Shown here: piece by piece, positions 17,898 through 28,205 of the stretch | How the letters are laid out: each line of letters opens with the position of its first letter | How positions within the stretch are numbered: position 1 is the stretch's first letter | Source of the DNA: Polyangia bacterium | Lineage (GTDB): Bacteria > Myxococcota_A > Polyangia > Polyangiales > JAUICN01 | Reading direction: 5' to 3' | NCBI GenBank assembly: GCA_030427835.1 | Contig: JAUICN010000003.1 | Location: forward strand, 21,867-85,866 | DNA length: 64,000 bases | Program-made: the position numbers and the translations under genes | Notes under the pieces: model-generated | The model's input: only the letters and a program-made list of their open reading frames with translations | The model's database searches: none | What the model was told of the DNA's origin: nothing

Positions 17898-18703
17898 GGC
17901 GCCTCAGCCAACACACGATTTACCGCCTGTAGGTCCTGCCAAACCGCCCGTTTCATGGCTGGATTGCGAAGCAAAAATGCGGGATGGTAGGTCGGCATCA
18001 CTTGAATCCCTTGCCAGTTGCCCCAGGATCCGCGCCAACCCCGTGGGGCTTTACCTATCAGTGCCTCCGCGGCACTTTTACCCAATGCCACGATGATCTT
18101 GGGTGCCACGTGTTGAAGCTGACCCACCAGGAAAGGCATGCATGCGCTCACTTCATCGGGCAAGGGAGCGCGGTTTTCCGGCGGACGGCATTTGACCACG
18201 TTACAAATGTACACTTCCTCAACTGGAAGCTCCATCGCCAGAATCATGCGGTCTAGCAATTGACCCGCTCGACCCACAAAGGGGACCCCTTGTTGATCTT
18301 CATGGTAGCCCGGCCCTTCGCCCACAAAAACCAGCCGGGCGCCGGGATTGCCTCGAGCAAATACACTGTGTGTGCGCCCTGCTCCAAGGCGACATGCCCG
18401 ACAGCCTGCGGCTTGCTCCTGGAGTGTTGCAAGCGAGGGGATGACCCTTGTTTTTACGTCACTTGCGTGACCTGTGGGGGCAACCTGCGGCTGATCTACG
18501 GCCTTCCCGACGGGATCCGGCCCGGTCATTGCGTGCCCTGTGGATTCGGCAGAAACCACGTGGGAGGGTGCAAAAAGCCACGAACCTGAACAAATCTGTT
18601 CCCATTGCAAGGCTTCGCGCATCTCAGCCGCAAGCCGATGAAGATCCCCTCCATCCCCCATTTCAACCGTATTTTCCCCTCGTGAAGGAGTGGGTTTGCC
18701 CAT
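17894..18703 (-). CDS. uracil-DNA glycosylase, family 4
   Basis: GCRACRL, LVFVGEGPGYHEDQQGVPFVGRAGQLL, ICNVVKCRPPENR, HPAFLLRNP. About 90-aa N-terminal extension. Confidence 0.88.
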   Translation of the reverse strand: MGKPTPSRGENTVEMGDGGDLHRLAAEMREALQWEQICSGSWLFAPSHVVSAESTGHAMTGPDPVGKAVDQPQVAPTGHASDVKTRVIPSLATLQEQAAGCRACRLGAGRTHSVFARGNPGARLVFVGEGPGYHEDQQGVPFVGRAGQLLDRMILAMELPVEEVYICNVVKCRPPENRAPLPDEVSACMPFLVGQLQHVAPKIIVALGKSAAEALIGKAPRGWRGSWGNWQGIQVMPTYHPAFLLRNPAMKRAVWQDLQAVNRVLAEAP

Positions 18704-18780
18704 GGTGAAGTCCTACCGGCGAACCGCTTCCCCTTCAAGTTGCATTGACGACATCCGGCAGAGGTCGCTAGTCTTGGCAG

Positions 18781-19554
18781 ATGCCCCCTCGGGTGGTCGT
18801 CGCAGCAAACACGGACGTGGGTCGTAAACGCACCCATAATGAGGACAGTTACGCCGTCAGTGAGGAGAAACACCTCTACATCGTGGCGGACGGTATGGGC
18901 GGTCATGCGTCGGGTGAAGTGGCCAGTAAAATGGCCATCGACATCATCGATAACTTCTTTGAGATGACCGAGTCTGATCCTGAAGCCACATGGCCGTACA
19001 AGATGGATCGATCCCGAGGTTACGAGGAAAACCGGCTGGTTACCGGCGTAAAATTGGCGAATTTGCGCATCTACGAGTCAGCACAGCGCGACGCACAGCT
19101 CCGGGGAATGGGCACCACACTGGTAGCCGTACGTGTCGTGGATGATGGGGTTCTCATTGCCCACGTAGGCGACTCCCGAGTGTACCGGTTGCGGGAGGGT
19201 CGCCTAAGCCAGCTCACCGAGGATCACAGTCTGCTCAACGATTACATTAAAATGAAACGCCTGTCCCAGGAGGAAATTGAGAATTTCCCCCACAAACATG
19301 TGATTGTGCGGGCCCTGGGAATGAAGGAGTCGGTACGGGTGGACACAATTTTGGACCCTGCGGTACCTGGCGACATTTATGTCCTGTGCTCCGACGGCCT
19401 ATCGGGGGCTGTCGAAGACAGTGAGATTCAACAGATCGTCCGGGATGCGCCCGATCTTTCCCATAGTTGCTCCACCCTGATCCAGCGCGCCAACGAGTAC
19501 GGTGGTCCCGACAATATCACCGTGGTGTGCGCCAAAGTGATCGGCACCAACTAA
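18781..19554 (+). CDS. PP2C-family Ser/Thr protein phosphatase
   Basis: TDVGRKRTHNEDSY, ADGMGGHASGEVAS, VLCSDGLSG. Confidence 0.9.
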   Translation: MPPRVVVAANTDVGRKRTHNEDSYAVSEEKHLYIVADGMGGHASGEVASKMAIDIIDNFFEMTESDPEATWPYKMDRSRGYEENRLVTGVKLANLRIYESAQRDAQLRGMGTTLVAVRVVDDGVLIAHVGDSRVYRLREGRLSQLTEDHSLLNDYIKMKRLSQEEIENFPHKHVIVRALGMKESVRVDTILDPAVPGDIYVLCSDGLSGAVEDSEIQQIVRDAPDLSHSCSTLIQRANEYGGPDNITVVCAKVIGTN

Positions 19555-19681
19555 GCTATAGGGCCTGCAGGGGCCGCCTCGAGATCAGCCCGATCAAATC
19601 CGTCAGGCAGGGCGTTCCTGTTCCGCCCCTTGCCCACGGCACCTCTGGGGGCTAGAGCCTGCCCCTCTCGAGGTGTAGGGC

Positions 19682-20989
19682 ATGCAGATTTGTGTCATCG
19701 GTGCGGGTTATGTTGGTCTGGTCACGGCGGCCTGTTTCGCGGAAACAGGCAACAAAGTGTATTGCGTGGACGTGGTCCAGAAAAAAATCGACGCACTCCG
19801 CGAAGGGAAAATCCCGATTTTTGAACCTGGGTTGGACAAACTGGTTCACAGGAACAGGGAGGCGGGCCGACTCGAGTTCACCACCGATCTGTCGGAAGCC
19901 ATGGACGGCGCCCAGGTTGTCTTTGTGGGCGTGGGCACGCCACCACGTTCCGACGGCGGCGCAGATCTGTCCGCACTGGATGCGGTGGCCGAGCAAGTGG
20001 CCCAACGGGTGAAGCAGCACACCGTCCTGGTTCTCAAGAGTACAGTTCCCGTGGGTACCAACCGTCGAACGGCTCGCATCGTTGAAAAGGCCCCCTTCCC
20101 CATTGACGTGGTCTCCAACCCTGAGTTTCTCAAGGAGGGTGACGCCGTCAATGACTTCCTGAGGCCAGATCGTATCGTGGTCGGCGTACGTGAAGGGCAG
20201 GAACATGCCCGGTCCATCATGGCGCGCCTTTACCACCCATTTAGCCTAAACCAGGATCGCATTATTTGGATGGAACCTGAAAGCGCAGAGATTACCAAGT
20301 ACGTCTCCAACACCATGTTGGCCATGCGCATTTCATTCATGAACGAAGTGGCTTCCCTATGTGAGCGAGTAGGTGCCAACGTGGATGACGTTCGTCAGGG
20401 TGTTGGGCGCGATCCGCGAATCGGGCCCAAGTTCCTTTACGCCGGGCCCGGGTACGGGGGATCCTGTTTTCCGAAGGACGTGACAGCGCTCGTGCATACG
20501 GCTCGAGATGCCGGTGTGGAGCTTGAGCTTGCTCAGGCTACCCACCAGGTAAACATGAGGCAGAAGGGAACCTTGGGCCGCAAGGTTCGAAAGCGGTTTG
20601 AGGGCGATCTGCGGGGCAAATGCGTCGCGATTCTCGGAATCGCATTCAAACCCCGTACGGATGACATTCGAGAATCTCCGGCACTCACATTGATCGATGG
20701 CCTCATTTCAGAGGGAGCAAGCGTTCGCATTCACGATCCTGAGGCCATGGACAACGCCCGATCCCACTACGGAGATCGCGTTTACTACGCTAAGGATTCC
20801 TACGATGCCGCCGATGGTGCAGACGCTCTGGTGCTGGTGACCGAGTGGCGTCAGTACCAAAATCCAGATTTTGGGGACCTGCGCACCAAGTTACGTCGCC
20901 CATTGATCATCGATGGAAGAAATATTTGGTCCAAATATGGCCTTGAAGAACAGGGGTTTGAGTACGAAGGCATAGGAACTCGCCACTAG
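19682..20989 (+). CDS. ugd: UDP-glucose 6-dehydrogenase
   Basis: MQICVIGAGYVGLVTAACFAETGN Rossmann motif. GPGYGGSCFPKD contains the catalytic Cys. Confidence 0.95.
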   Translation: MQICVIGAGYVGLVTAACFAETGNKVYCVDVVQKKIDALREGKIPIFEPGLDKLVHRNREAGRLEFTTDLSEAMDGAQVVFVGVGTPPRSDGGADLSALDAVAEQVAQRVKQHTVLVLKSTVPVGTNRRTARIVEKAPFPIDVVSNPEFLKEGDAVNDFLRPDRIVVGVREGQEHARSIMARLYHPFSLNQDRIIWMEPESAEITKYVSNTMLAMRISFMNEVASLCERVGANVDDVRQGVGRDPRIGPKFLYAGPGYGGSCFPKDVTALVHTARDAGVELELAQATHQVNMRQKGTLGRKVRKRFEGDLRGKCVAILGIAFKPRTDDIRESPALTLIDGLISEGASVRIHDPEAMDNARSHYGDRVYYAKDSYDAADGADALVLVTEWRQYQNPDFGDLRTKLRRPLIIDGRNIWSKYGLEEQGFEYEGIGTRH

Positions 20990-21119
20990 TTGAATCTAGA
21001 GCGGTTTTTTGCATCATAGATGATCGGGCGGCACACCGCTGGACCAGTGCCCAGTTCATCCTGGGGCAGTCGGGTTTGTACGCGATCGGGGGTTCAACAT
21101 CGCAGCCAGTCGTCGTACA

Positions 21120-23156
21120 GTGCGTCCAAAGTTACGGATGGTCGAACAAGTAAATCAACAGGTACCGCGAACTAAAGCGCGCCTAGCGATCCCGGTAGGG
21201 CTCATCAAGTACATGCAGATTGCGATCGATCTGCTGCTTCTTGGTTCCATGTTCCTTGTGACGTACTTACTTCGTTTCGATTTCCGGGTTCCGAACGCTC
21301 AATGGGTTCAGGCCTGGTTCCAATTGCCCATGGTGGTACTCCTGCAGTTTGGCTGCATGACCCTGCTTGGCGTGTATTCCTTCGTGTGGAGGTACATTGG
21401 GCTCCGTGAGCTCTATACATTTGTCCAAGCAGGGATTGTTGCGGCGATCCCGCTTTTGGCCCTGAGGCTTCTCCTGCCCGATCACATGGATCGCTGGCGC
21501 GTCCCCCTGTCGGTGACTGCGGTGGATGGGATCCTCGCATTTGGATCTGTGCTTGGCGCGCGGATCGTCCGTCGTGCAGTCTTTGAGCATACCCAGTGGA
21601 GCCGGGAGGGAGACACCCAGCGACTCAAGAACGTTCTGCTTGTGGGTGCTGGCAGGGCGGGCGCCCTCGCCGCCCGTGAGTTGGGAAGTCGTCGTACCAA
21701 CGGATTGCGCATCAAGGGATTTCTAGACGACGATCTCCAAAAACAGGGTTCAGTGATTCAGGGAGCCCGTGTTCTTGGCGGGACCGACGCCATTCCCAAG
21801 CTGGTGGCCCAGCATCAGATCGATTTTGTCATCATCACCATTGCCAAAGCCTCGCGACGAGACATTCGTCGCATCGTTCGCGTATGTGAAGCGGTCCCTG
21901 TTCCCGTGCGAATAACGCCCGCCTACCACGAGGTATTGGAAGGGCGTGTGGAAGTCTCTCAGGTGCGAGAAGTACAGATCGAAGACCTCCTGGGTAGGGA
22001 CCCCGTACGTCTCGACGAAGGTCTTCTGGACGGTCTATTAAACGAAAAAGTGGTCATGGTCACCGGTGCAGGCGGGTCCATTGGATCCGAACTATGTCGG
22101 CAAGCCGCAAGGTTCAAGCCGTCTTTGCTATTGCTTGTAGAGCGATCGGAGTTTGCGCTGTTCAATATGGACAGGGAACTGGCAGCACGGTTTCCGAACA
22201 TCCCCCGCATCCCTTGCCTGGCCGACGTGGGAGATGCGGTGCGGATGGAACAGTTGCTCGCAGCCCATCGGCCCAAGGCCATTTTGCATGCCGCCGCTCA
22301 CAAGCATGTCCCACTTGTGGAACAGAACCCGGTGGAGGCTATCAAGAACAACAGTCTCGCCACCACACAACTGGGAGAACTGGCCGGCGAGTACGGGGTC
22401 GACGTGTTTGTTCTGGTATCCACAGACAAGGCTGTGAACCCCAGTTCCGTAATGGGAGCTTCCAAGCGCCTTGCAGAGCTCTTTGTGCAAGGACTCAATG
22501 AACGCTTTCGTACCCGCTACCTCGCCGTTCGCTTTGGCAACGTTCTCGGTTCCACAGGATCGGTCATTCCCATATTCAAGGAACAGATCAAAAACGGTGG
22601 GCCTGTGACGGTGACCCACCCAGAAATGACCCGTTACTTTATGACGATTCCTGAAGCGACCCAGTTGGTGCTCCAGGCGGCGGCCATGGGTGCGGGAGGC
22701 GAAATTTTTATACTCGATATGGGGGAACCTGTACGCATCGTGGACTTGGCAAAGGATCTGATCCGGCTTTCGGGATTTCGCCCCAACGAAGACATCCCTA
22801 TCGCTTTCACTGGGATCCGTTCAGGCGAAAAACTATTTGAGGAACTTGTGGTGGAGGGAGAAGGCGCCACCCCCACGCATCATCCAAAAATCTTTGTTGG
22901 GAAAATAGCCCGACATACGGCGCAGCAAATGGAAAGCATCCGACAGGAACTCTCTTCTGTGGTCACCGAGCCCCAGGACAGCAGCCAACGGTTGAGATTG
23001 TTGCTTCGATCCTACATACCGGAGGCGCTTATCGAGGCTCCTAGCACCGGTCGTCCAAACCACTCTGAGCCTCGTGCGGCGACTCCGGAAGGGCCGTCTG
23101 AGCTTTCTGACACAGGTCAGGTGGAGAGTTCTTCCTCCACGAGGGTACTACACTAG
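21120..23156 (+). CDS. membrane-anchored nucleotide-sugar 4,6-dehydratase (CapD/WbpM/PglF/EpsC family)
   Basis: N-terminal TM helices. LLVGAGRAG and VMVTGAGGSIGSEL Rossmann motifs. STDKAVNPSSVMGASKR. Start is GTG 21120 or ATG 21138. Confidence 0.9.
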   Translation: MRPKLRMVEQVNQQVPRTKARLAIPVGLIKYMQIAIDLLLLGSMFLVTYLLRFDFRVPNAQWVQAWFQLPMVVLLQFGCMTLLGVYSFVWRYIGLRELYTFVQAGIVAAIPLLALRLLLPDHMDRWRVPLSVTAVDGILAFGSVLGARIVRRAVFEHTQWSREGDTQRLKNVLLVGAGRAGALAARELGSRRTNGLRIKGFLDDDLQKQGSVIQGARVLGGTDAIPKLVAQHQIDFVIITIAKASRRDIRRIVRVCEAVPVPVRITPAYHEVLEGRVEVSQVREVQIEDLLGRDPVRLDEGLLDGLLNEKVVMVTGAGGSIGSELCRQAARFKPSLLLLVERSEFALFNMDRELAARFPNIPRIPCLADVGDAVRMEQLLAAHRPKAILHAAAHKHVPLVEQNPVEAIKNNSLATTQLGELAGEYGVDVFVLVSTDKAVNPSSVMGASKRLAELFVQGLNERFRTRYLAVRFGNVLGSTGSVIPIFKEQIKNGGPVTVTHPEMTRYFMTIPEATQLVLQAAAMGAGGEIFILDMGEPVRIVDLAKDLIRLSGFRPNEDIPIAFTGIRSGEKLFEELVVEGEGATPTHHPKIFVGKIARHTAQQMESIRQELSSVVTEPQDSSQRLRLLLRSYIPEALIEAPSTGRPNHSEPRAATPEGPSELSDTGQVESSSSTRVLH

Positions 23157-23183
23157 TCGCGCGAGTCGGCGGTTTGACGATCC

Positions 23184-25790
23184 ATGTCCAGTCCAAAAAG
23201 CACGCGCCAAGAAATCAAAGATCCGTTGAATACCGGTCGCTGGAGCGATGAGCAGTACCCCTGGAGGGAGCTATCACGGGAACAGCGTTGGGCAGTTTGG
23301 CTATTTTTGGGAGTCACGGTCGCGAGCCCCCTTTTGTTTGGGGGCGTATTTGAATGGGCTCTGGTAACCATAGCGCTAGGTCACGCGACAGCCTGCGCCG
23401 CCATCGGGATGACCTTCCGTCGGGAACATGTGTCGTTGCGGCCCCTGTTTTTGGTCGCCGTTTTTACGGCCCTTGCCCTATGGACCGCGGTTCAGGCCAT
23501 GCCGCTTCCCTGTGCATGGGTTGCCACAATAAGCCCCAAAAGCGCTGAAATCACACAATCCGTCTCTCAGCTCGCCTCCATTCAGCCCATGCAGTGCACG
23601 CTCTCCCAGGATCCCGGAAACACCCGTCTGCAAGTACTGCAAATGTTGGCCATGGCCTGTGCCACGTTGTCCGGATGGCAGTTGACGGTTGCCGGATTTC
23701 GTCAGACGGCCCGGGCCGCCGTGGCCTGCGCGGCTCTCGGGGTGGGCTTGGTTTCCCTGTTTCACACGTTGGCTGGAATGGATCTGGTTTGGGGGCAATA
23801 CGCGCCCGTTCACGCGCGCCCAGCCCTACTGGGCCCCCTGATGAACGACAACAACCTTGGCGGTTGTATGTTGCTTGGCGCAGTACCCTGGCTGGGATGG
23901 GCTGCCGTGGAGCGGAAAGTGGGAAAGCGTCTGCTGTTCTTGGTGTTCTTTCTCGTGTGCACCGGCGTTGTGGTGGCCACCCGCTCCCTGGGTGCCATGG
24001 GTGGTCTGGGGTTTTCTCTGTTGTTGTTTGGGGCCTGGTACGCACGTCAGCGACTTCGTGAAAACCAGCGACTACTTCCAAAAGTTGGGTTTCTCGCCCT
24101 GGTCCTCCTGTGTGGAAGCACGGTAATCGCCAGCGCCTACGGTTTTTTTGCGGAGGAACACGGAGTGCATAAAGCAAGCAAAGCTGAGCTGCTTATCCGA
24201 GGCGCGGAGTTCGCGTTGGATCAATCCTGGGCAGGCGTGGGTCGCGGGGCATTCTCTGTCGCCTTCTCACAGGTAATGGGGTCGGATTTGCGCTTTGAAT
24301 ACGCTGAAAACACACTGATACAGTGGGTGGCGGAATGGGGCTGGGTGTTGGGTAGCCTAGGGTTCCTTGCGGTTCTCTACTTTTTGTTTCGGGGGCGTCC
24401 GCGAGCCTCAGTTTCTGGAATGGCCGTCTGGTGTGGACTGAGTGCATTTTTTCTTCAAAACATGGTGGACTTTGGTATCGAGCTTGCGGGCATCGGGGTC
24501 CTCGTGGCCATTCAAATGGGCACCCTAGGAGTCTCCCATCCACCAAAGCCAAAAAGCGCTCTGTCGGGATCCTTTCGACGTTGGGCATGCGGGTCATGGG
24601 TTCCTCTCACACTGGCCCTGGGGGCAACCACAGCGACACTGGGTCGGCACGCCACTTCCCAGTCTGTGGGGGCGCAGCAGGGAGCGCTAGAAGCAGCCTA
24701 CCGCTCCGAGGATCGGCCACTGTTCGAGGAGAGATTACGTGAGGCGCTGTCGCTCCACCCCTCAGAAGCCAGCTTTTACGTTCTGGCGAGCGCCGAAGCC
24801 GTACGACGTAAGTACAAAAACGCACCCCAATGGCTCAATCGCGCCATGGGATTGGCGCCCGGCTGGGGAGCGCCCCACGAGTTGGCTGCTCGCATGTTTC
24901 TTGGTCAGGGAAGACTGATGCAAGCCGCAATTGAACTGAAGGAAGCCGCTCAGCGCCATCCTCGAGTGGCACGGGAGTTGGGTTGTGGGCTCCTGAGCGA
25001 GGGGCATCTGAAAAACGTGGAAGGCATCGTTCCCGACTCGCGGAATCCTAGGCTCGTGTATCTCGAACTATTGTCCAGTTGTCCCAAGCTCCCCGACGAA
25101 GTCGCAAGCCAGATCGACGCGCTTGTCCTGTCGACCGATCCCAACAACCTCCAGGCAAGGCTTCGCATGGCGGAACGTTTGCTCCGGTCCGGGCAGTTTG
25201 AATCCTCCATGGCGAAAGTTTCGAGCCAGGGTAAGCCCGAACACGATGCCCGTGCCTACATACTCTTCGCCCGCGCCCAGACCGCCGCCGGAGACACGGA
25301 TGGCGCCCTATCCACGCTTGCCTTGGCAAAGGATCAGTTTCCCCAAGCCATCTGGCCCATTCTTTCTACTCGAGCCCGAACACATGCCCAGCTTGGGGAC
25401 GCGGATGCCATGCGCGCGGACATTGAGGCGCTTTGCGGTCACGCCGCGGGTTCGGCCAAGCGCCTCGCGGACGCCGTAATGCTGATGGGGCAGCTTGAGG
25501 CACAATTAGGGAACCGAAGTCGGGCCATTCAGGCGTTCCGAGATGCGTTCCAGTTTGACGGGCGTGATGCCGCCCTGCGGAGCCTGGCCCACGTGGCTGA
25601 ATCGGCAGGGAACTATAGGATGGCGTACCACACCTACCTGAAGCTCCTAAACCTCGTTCCCAGTGACCCCACGATCCTCCGGGCCAAGGAACGGCTGGAG
25701 ACCAAGATGCGTAAACCCACCGGCAATGACATGTTCGAAGCAACCACCGTTGGCTCAAATAACGGCCAACAAAGGGGCGAAACTCCATGA
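23184..25790 (+). CDS. Wzy_C (O-antigen polymerase/ligase) family membrane protein fused to a TPR-like domain
   Basis: About 450-aa polytopic N-domain with ATRSLGAMGG and YAENTLIQWVAEWGWVLG loop motifs. About 400-aa helical-repeat C-domain. Confidence 0.7.
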   Translation: MSSPKSTRQEIKDPLNTGRWSDEQYPWRELSREQRWAVWLFLGVTVASPLLFGGVFEWALVTIALGHATACAAIGMTFRREHVSLRPLFLVAVFTALALWTAVQAMPLPCAWVATISPKSAEITQSVSQLASIQPMQCTLSQDPGNTRLQVLQMLAMACATLSGWQLTVAGFRQTARAAVACAALGVGLVSLFHTLAGMDLVWGQYAPVHARPALLGPLMNDNNLGGCMLLGAVPWLGWAAVERKVGKRLLFLVFFLVCTGVVVATRSLGAMGGLGFSLLLFGAWYARQRLRENQRLLPKVGFLALVLLCGSTVIASAYGFFAEEHGVHKASKAELLIRGAEFALDQSWAGVGRGAFSVAFSQVMGSDLRFEYAENTLIQWVAEWGWVLGSLGFLAVLYFLFRGRPRASVSGMAVWCGLSAFFLQNMVDFGIELAGIGVLVAIQMGTLGVSHPPKPKSALSGSFRRWACGSWVPLTLALGATTATLGRHATSQSVGAQQGALEAAYRSEDRPLFEERLREALSLHPSEASFYVLASAEAVRRKYKNAPQWLNRAMGLAPGWGAPHELAARMFLGQGRLMQAAIELKEAAQRHPRVARELGCGLLSEGHLKNVEGIVPDSRNPRLVYLELLSSCPKLPDEVASQIDALVLSTDPNNLQARLRMAERLLRSGQFESSMAKVSSQGKPEHDARAYILFARAQTAAGDTDGALSTLALAKDQFPQAIWPILSTRARTHAQLGDADAMRADIEALCGHAAGSAKRLADAVMLMGQLEAQLGNRSRAIQAFRDAFQFDGRDAALRSLAHVAESAGNYRMAYHTYLKLLNLVPSDPTILRAKERLETKMRKPTGNDMFEATTVGSNNGQQRGETP

Positions 25791-25850
25791 AACGGCGTGG
25801 ATCACTAATTTCCTGTTCCCCAGAGCGAGTCTTCTCCCCTCAGATATTCT

Positions 25851-28205
25851 ATGGCCGACATTGCCACAGGTGCCGGGAGCAGATACACCGCAGGGGCTCC
25901 ATCGCTCCTAGGACAAGGCGGGGAACAAACTGAGATGGAACAGGCAACGGAAGGAAGTACGCAAAAAAGGGCAACACGTGGCGCTGAAACGGAGTCCATT
26001 GTGGATGTTCGTGAGGTCCTTTCCTCGCTGTGGCGGTTCAAATGGGTTGTGCTTGCTCTCGCTGTGGCGGCTGGAATTGCCACGGCGTTGTGGACTTACA
26101 AACAGCCCAAGATCTACGAAGCGGCTTGCAGCCTGGAATACGACCCCAATCCTCCGAAGCCTTTGCAGGGAGCGATCCAGGACGTGGCAGATCCCCTAGG
26201 GAGCTTCTGGAACAACCGTGAGTTCTTTGAAACCCAAAATCTCGTCATCGCCAGCCGAGAAATCGCCCAAAGGGTAGTTCGGAAACTCAGGCTCCACCAC
26301 GACGCTTCCTTCATGGGTATCCCCCTGGAAGCCCGATCAGGATGGACAGGCGGCGACGAAAATCGAGCCGCCATGGGAGTGCAGGGAGCCGTCACCGTAG
26401 ATCAAGTGCCCGATACTCGGTTGGTACGCGTACGCGTTCGAGATCAAAGCCCTGAGCGAGCGGCCCTCATCGCCAACGCCATCGCAGAGGCTTACATCGA
26501 GAAGTCGGTGGAAGACCGGTTGGGATCCACCATCACGGCCATCGAATGGCTCACCACCCAACTAGACAATGTACAACGGAATCTTGCCGCGTCCGAAGGT
26601 GCACTGCACCGCTTCAAAGAGGAACACGACGTGCTGTCTGTGGATCTTGAGGATCGGCAGAACATCGTGGCAAACAATCTCGAGCGTCTCAGCACCTCTC
26701 TTACCGAGATCAAAGAAGAACGAATCGTATTGGCAGCGCGAGCCGAACGACTGAAAAAAGAGCTGGAAGCGTTTCAGCAAGGGCAGGCCACTACGCCCCT
26801 TGGCGTAGATGTGGACTCCATTCGCGCCATTCGGGCACAGCTCAATGACGTTCAGGCAAAGCGGGATACTTTGTCGGTGCGGTACGGGCAACAGCACCCT
26901 GATATCCTTGCCTTGGATGCCCAGTTCAAGAGCCTTTCCAAGCAACTAGTGGAGGAAATGGAAAGTATTACCCTCGAGTCCGCTGCTGATCTTGGAGAAG
27001 TAAAGTCCGTGGAAGTGGGGCTGAAGGCCGCCATGAAAGAAGTGAATCAGGCGGGACTTCAGCTTAATCTTCGTGAAATCGAGTACAACCGTCTCAGGCG
27101 AGAGAAGGAAAATAACGAAAAGCTTTACGATATCCTCCTGCAGCGTACGACGGAAGCCAACCTCACAAAGATGCTGCGCGTAACGCACGCTCACGTCATC
27201 GATCGGGCGCTCCCGCCTACCGCATCGGTCAGCCCGAACCTACGGTTGAACGTTACGGGGGGTATTCTGGGTGGTGTGCTTTTGGGAATGTTACTTGCGG
27301 TGTTTCTCACCCGGATGGATCGCACGGTAAAGACGGCCGAGGAGTTGGAAGAGATGGGGCTTACTCCTTTGGGCCTCATTCCTCGTTTTGATTTGGAGCG
27401 CAATACAGATCCAAGCTACGCGAAGGGCAACTCCCAGATCCCGCCCGCAGCTGGGGATCCTACAACGTTGGAACTGTTTGTTCACACGTTTCCCATGTCC
27501 ACCGTGGCGGAATGCTGCAGGACGATCCGCACCAACTTGGTGTTCATGTCGCCGGATCGGCCTCTTCGATCTTTGGTCGTCACAAGTCACGGCCCTCGCG
27601 AAGGAAAAACCACAACCGCGGTGAGCCTGGCGATCACCATGGCCCAGAGCGGGAAGAGGACTTTGCTTGTGGATGTGGACCTTCGTCGTCCGCGGGTTCA
27701 TCGCGTACTCCGCCTTTCCTCCGCCACGGGAACCACCAACTATGTTGTTGGCGGCACACCATTGAAGGAACTAACCAAAGAGACGGAAGTGCCAAATCTA
27801 TGGGCCCTCCCCTGTGGTCCCATTCCTCCCAATCCATCGGAACTTCTACACACCGTGCGGTTCCAACAGCTGTTGGAAGACGCCAAGGGAATGTTCGATT
27901 TTGTTCTTTTGGATACCCCACCGCTGGGAGCGGTGACAGATGCCGCCATTGCAGCTCCACAGGTGGATGGAGTTGTGATTGTGGCCCAGTCCAACTCGAC
28001 CCACAAAGACGCGCTCAGGTCCGCAGTACGTCAGTTGGACGATGTCGGTGCAAACGTCGTCGGGTCCATTCTTAACGATGTGGATCTGGACAAACATCGC
28101 AAGGGGTACAGCCACTACTACTACTACAACAAGGGCGCATACTACGCACAGCCCGAGGATGAAGACAAAGACGAGCCAAGCGCGGAGGCGGACCGTCTCT
28201 CTTAG
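25851..28205 (+). CDS. polysaccharide co-polymerase with C-terminal tyrosine autokinase (Wzc/GumC type)
   Basis: Two TM segments flank a long coiled-coil periplasmic region. Walker A GPREGKTTTAVSLA, LLVDVDLRRP, VLLDTPP. Tyr cluster GYSHYYYYNKGAYYA. Confidence 0.88.
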   Translation: MADIATGAGSRYTAGAPSLLGQGGEQTEMEQATEGSTQKRATRGAETESIVDVREVLSSLWRFKWVVLALAVAAGIATALWTYKQPKIYEAACSLEYDPNPPKPLQGAIQDVADPLGSFWNNREFFETQNLVIASREIAQRVVRKLRLHHDASFMGIPLEARSGWTGGDENRAAMGVQGAVTVDQVPDTRLVRVRVRDQSPERAALIANAIAEAYIEKSVEDRLGSTITAIEWLTTQLDNVQRNLAASEGALHRFKEEHDVLSVDLEDRQNIVANNLERLSTSLTEIKEERIVLAARAERLKKELEAFQQGQATTPLGVDVDSIRAIRAQLNDVQAKRDTLSVRYGQQHPDILALDAQFKSLSKQLVEEMESITLESAADLGEVKSVEVGLKAAMKEVNQAGLQLNLREIEYNRLRREKENNEKLYDILLQRTTEANLTKMLRVTHAHVIDRALPPTASVSPNLRLNVTGGILGGVLLGMLLAVFLTRMDRTVKTAEELEEMGLTPLGLIPRFDLERNTDPSYAKGNSQIPPAAGDPTTLELFVHTFPMSTVAECCRTIRTNLVFMSPDRPLRSLVVTSHGPREGKTTTAVSLAITMAQSGKRTLLVDVDLRRPRVHRVLRLSSATGTTNYVVGGTPLKELTKETEVPNLWALPCGPIPPNPSELLHTVRFQQLLEDAKGMFDFVLLDTPPLGAVTDAAIAAPQVDGVVIVAQSNSTHKDALRSAVRQLDDVGANVVGSILNDVDLDKHRKGYSHYYYYNKGAYYAQPEDEDKDEPSAEADRLS

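Noticed and set aside
19637-19653. GGCAC..N..GC sigma-54-like sequence upstream of ugd.
   Set aside because: The GG-to-GC spacing is one nucleotide too long and the -12 TTGC is absent.
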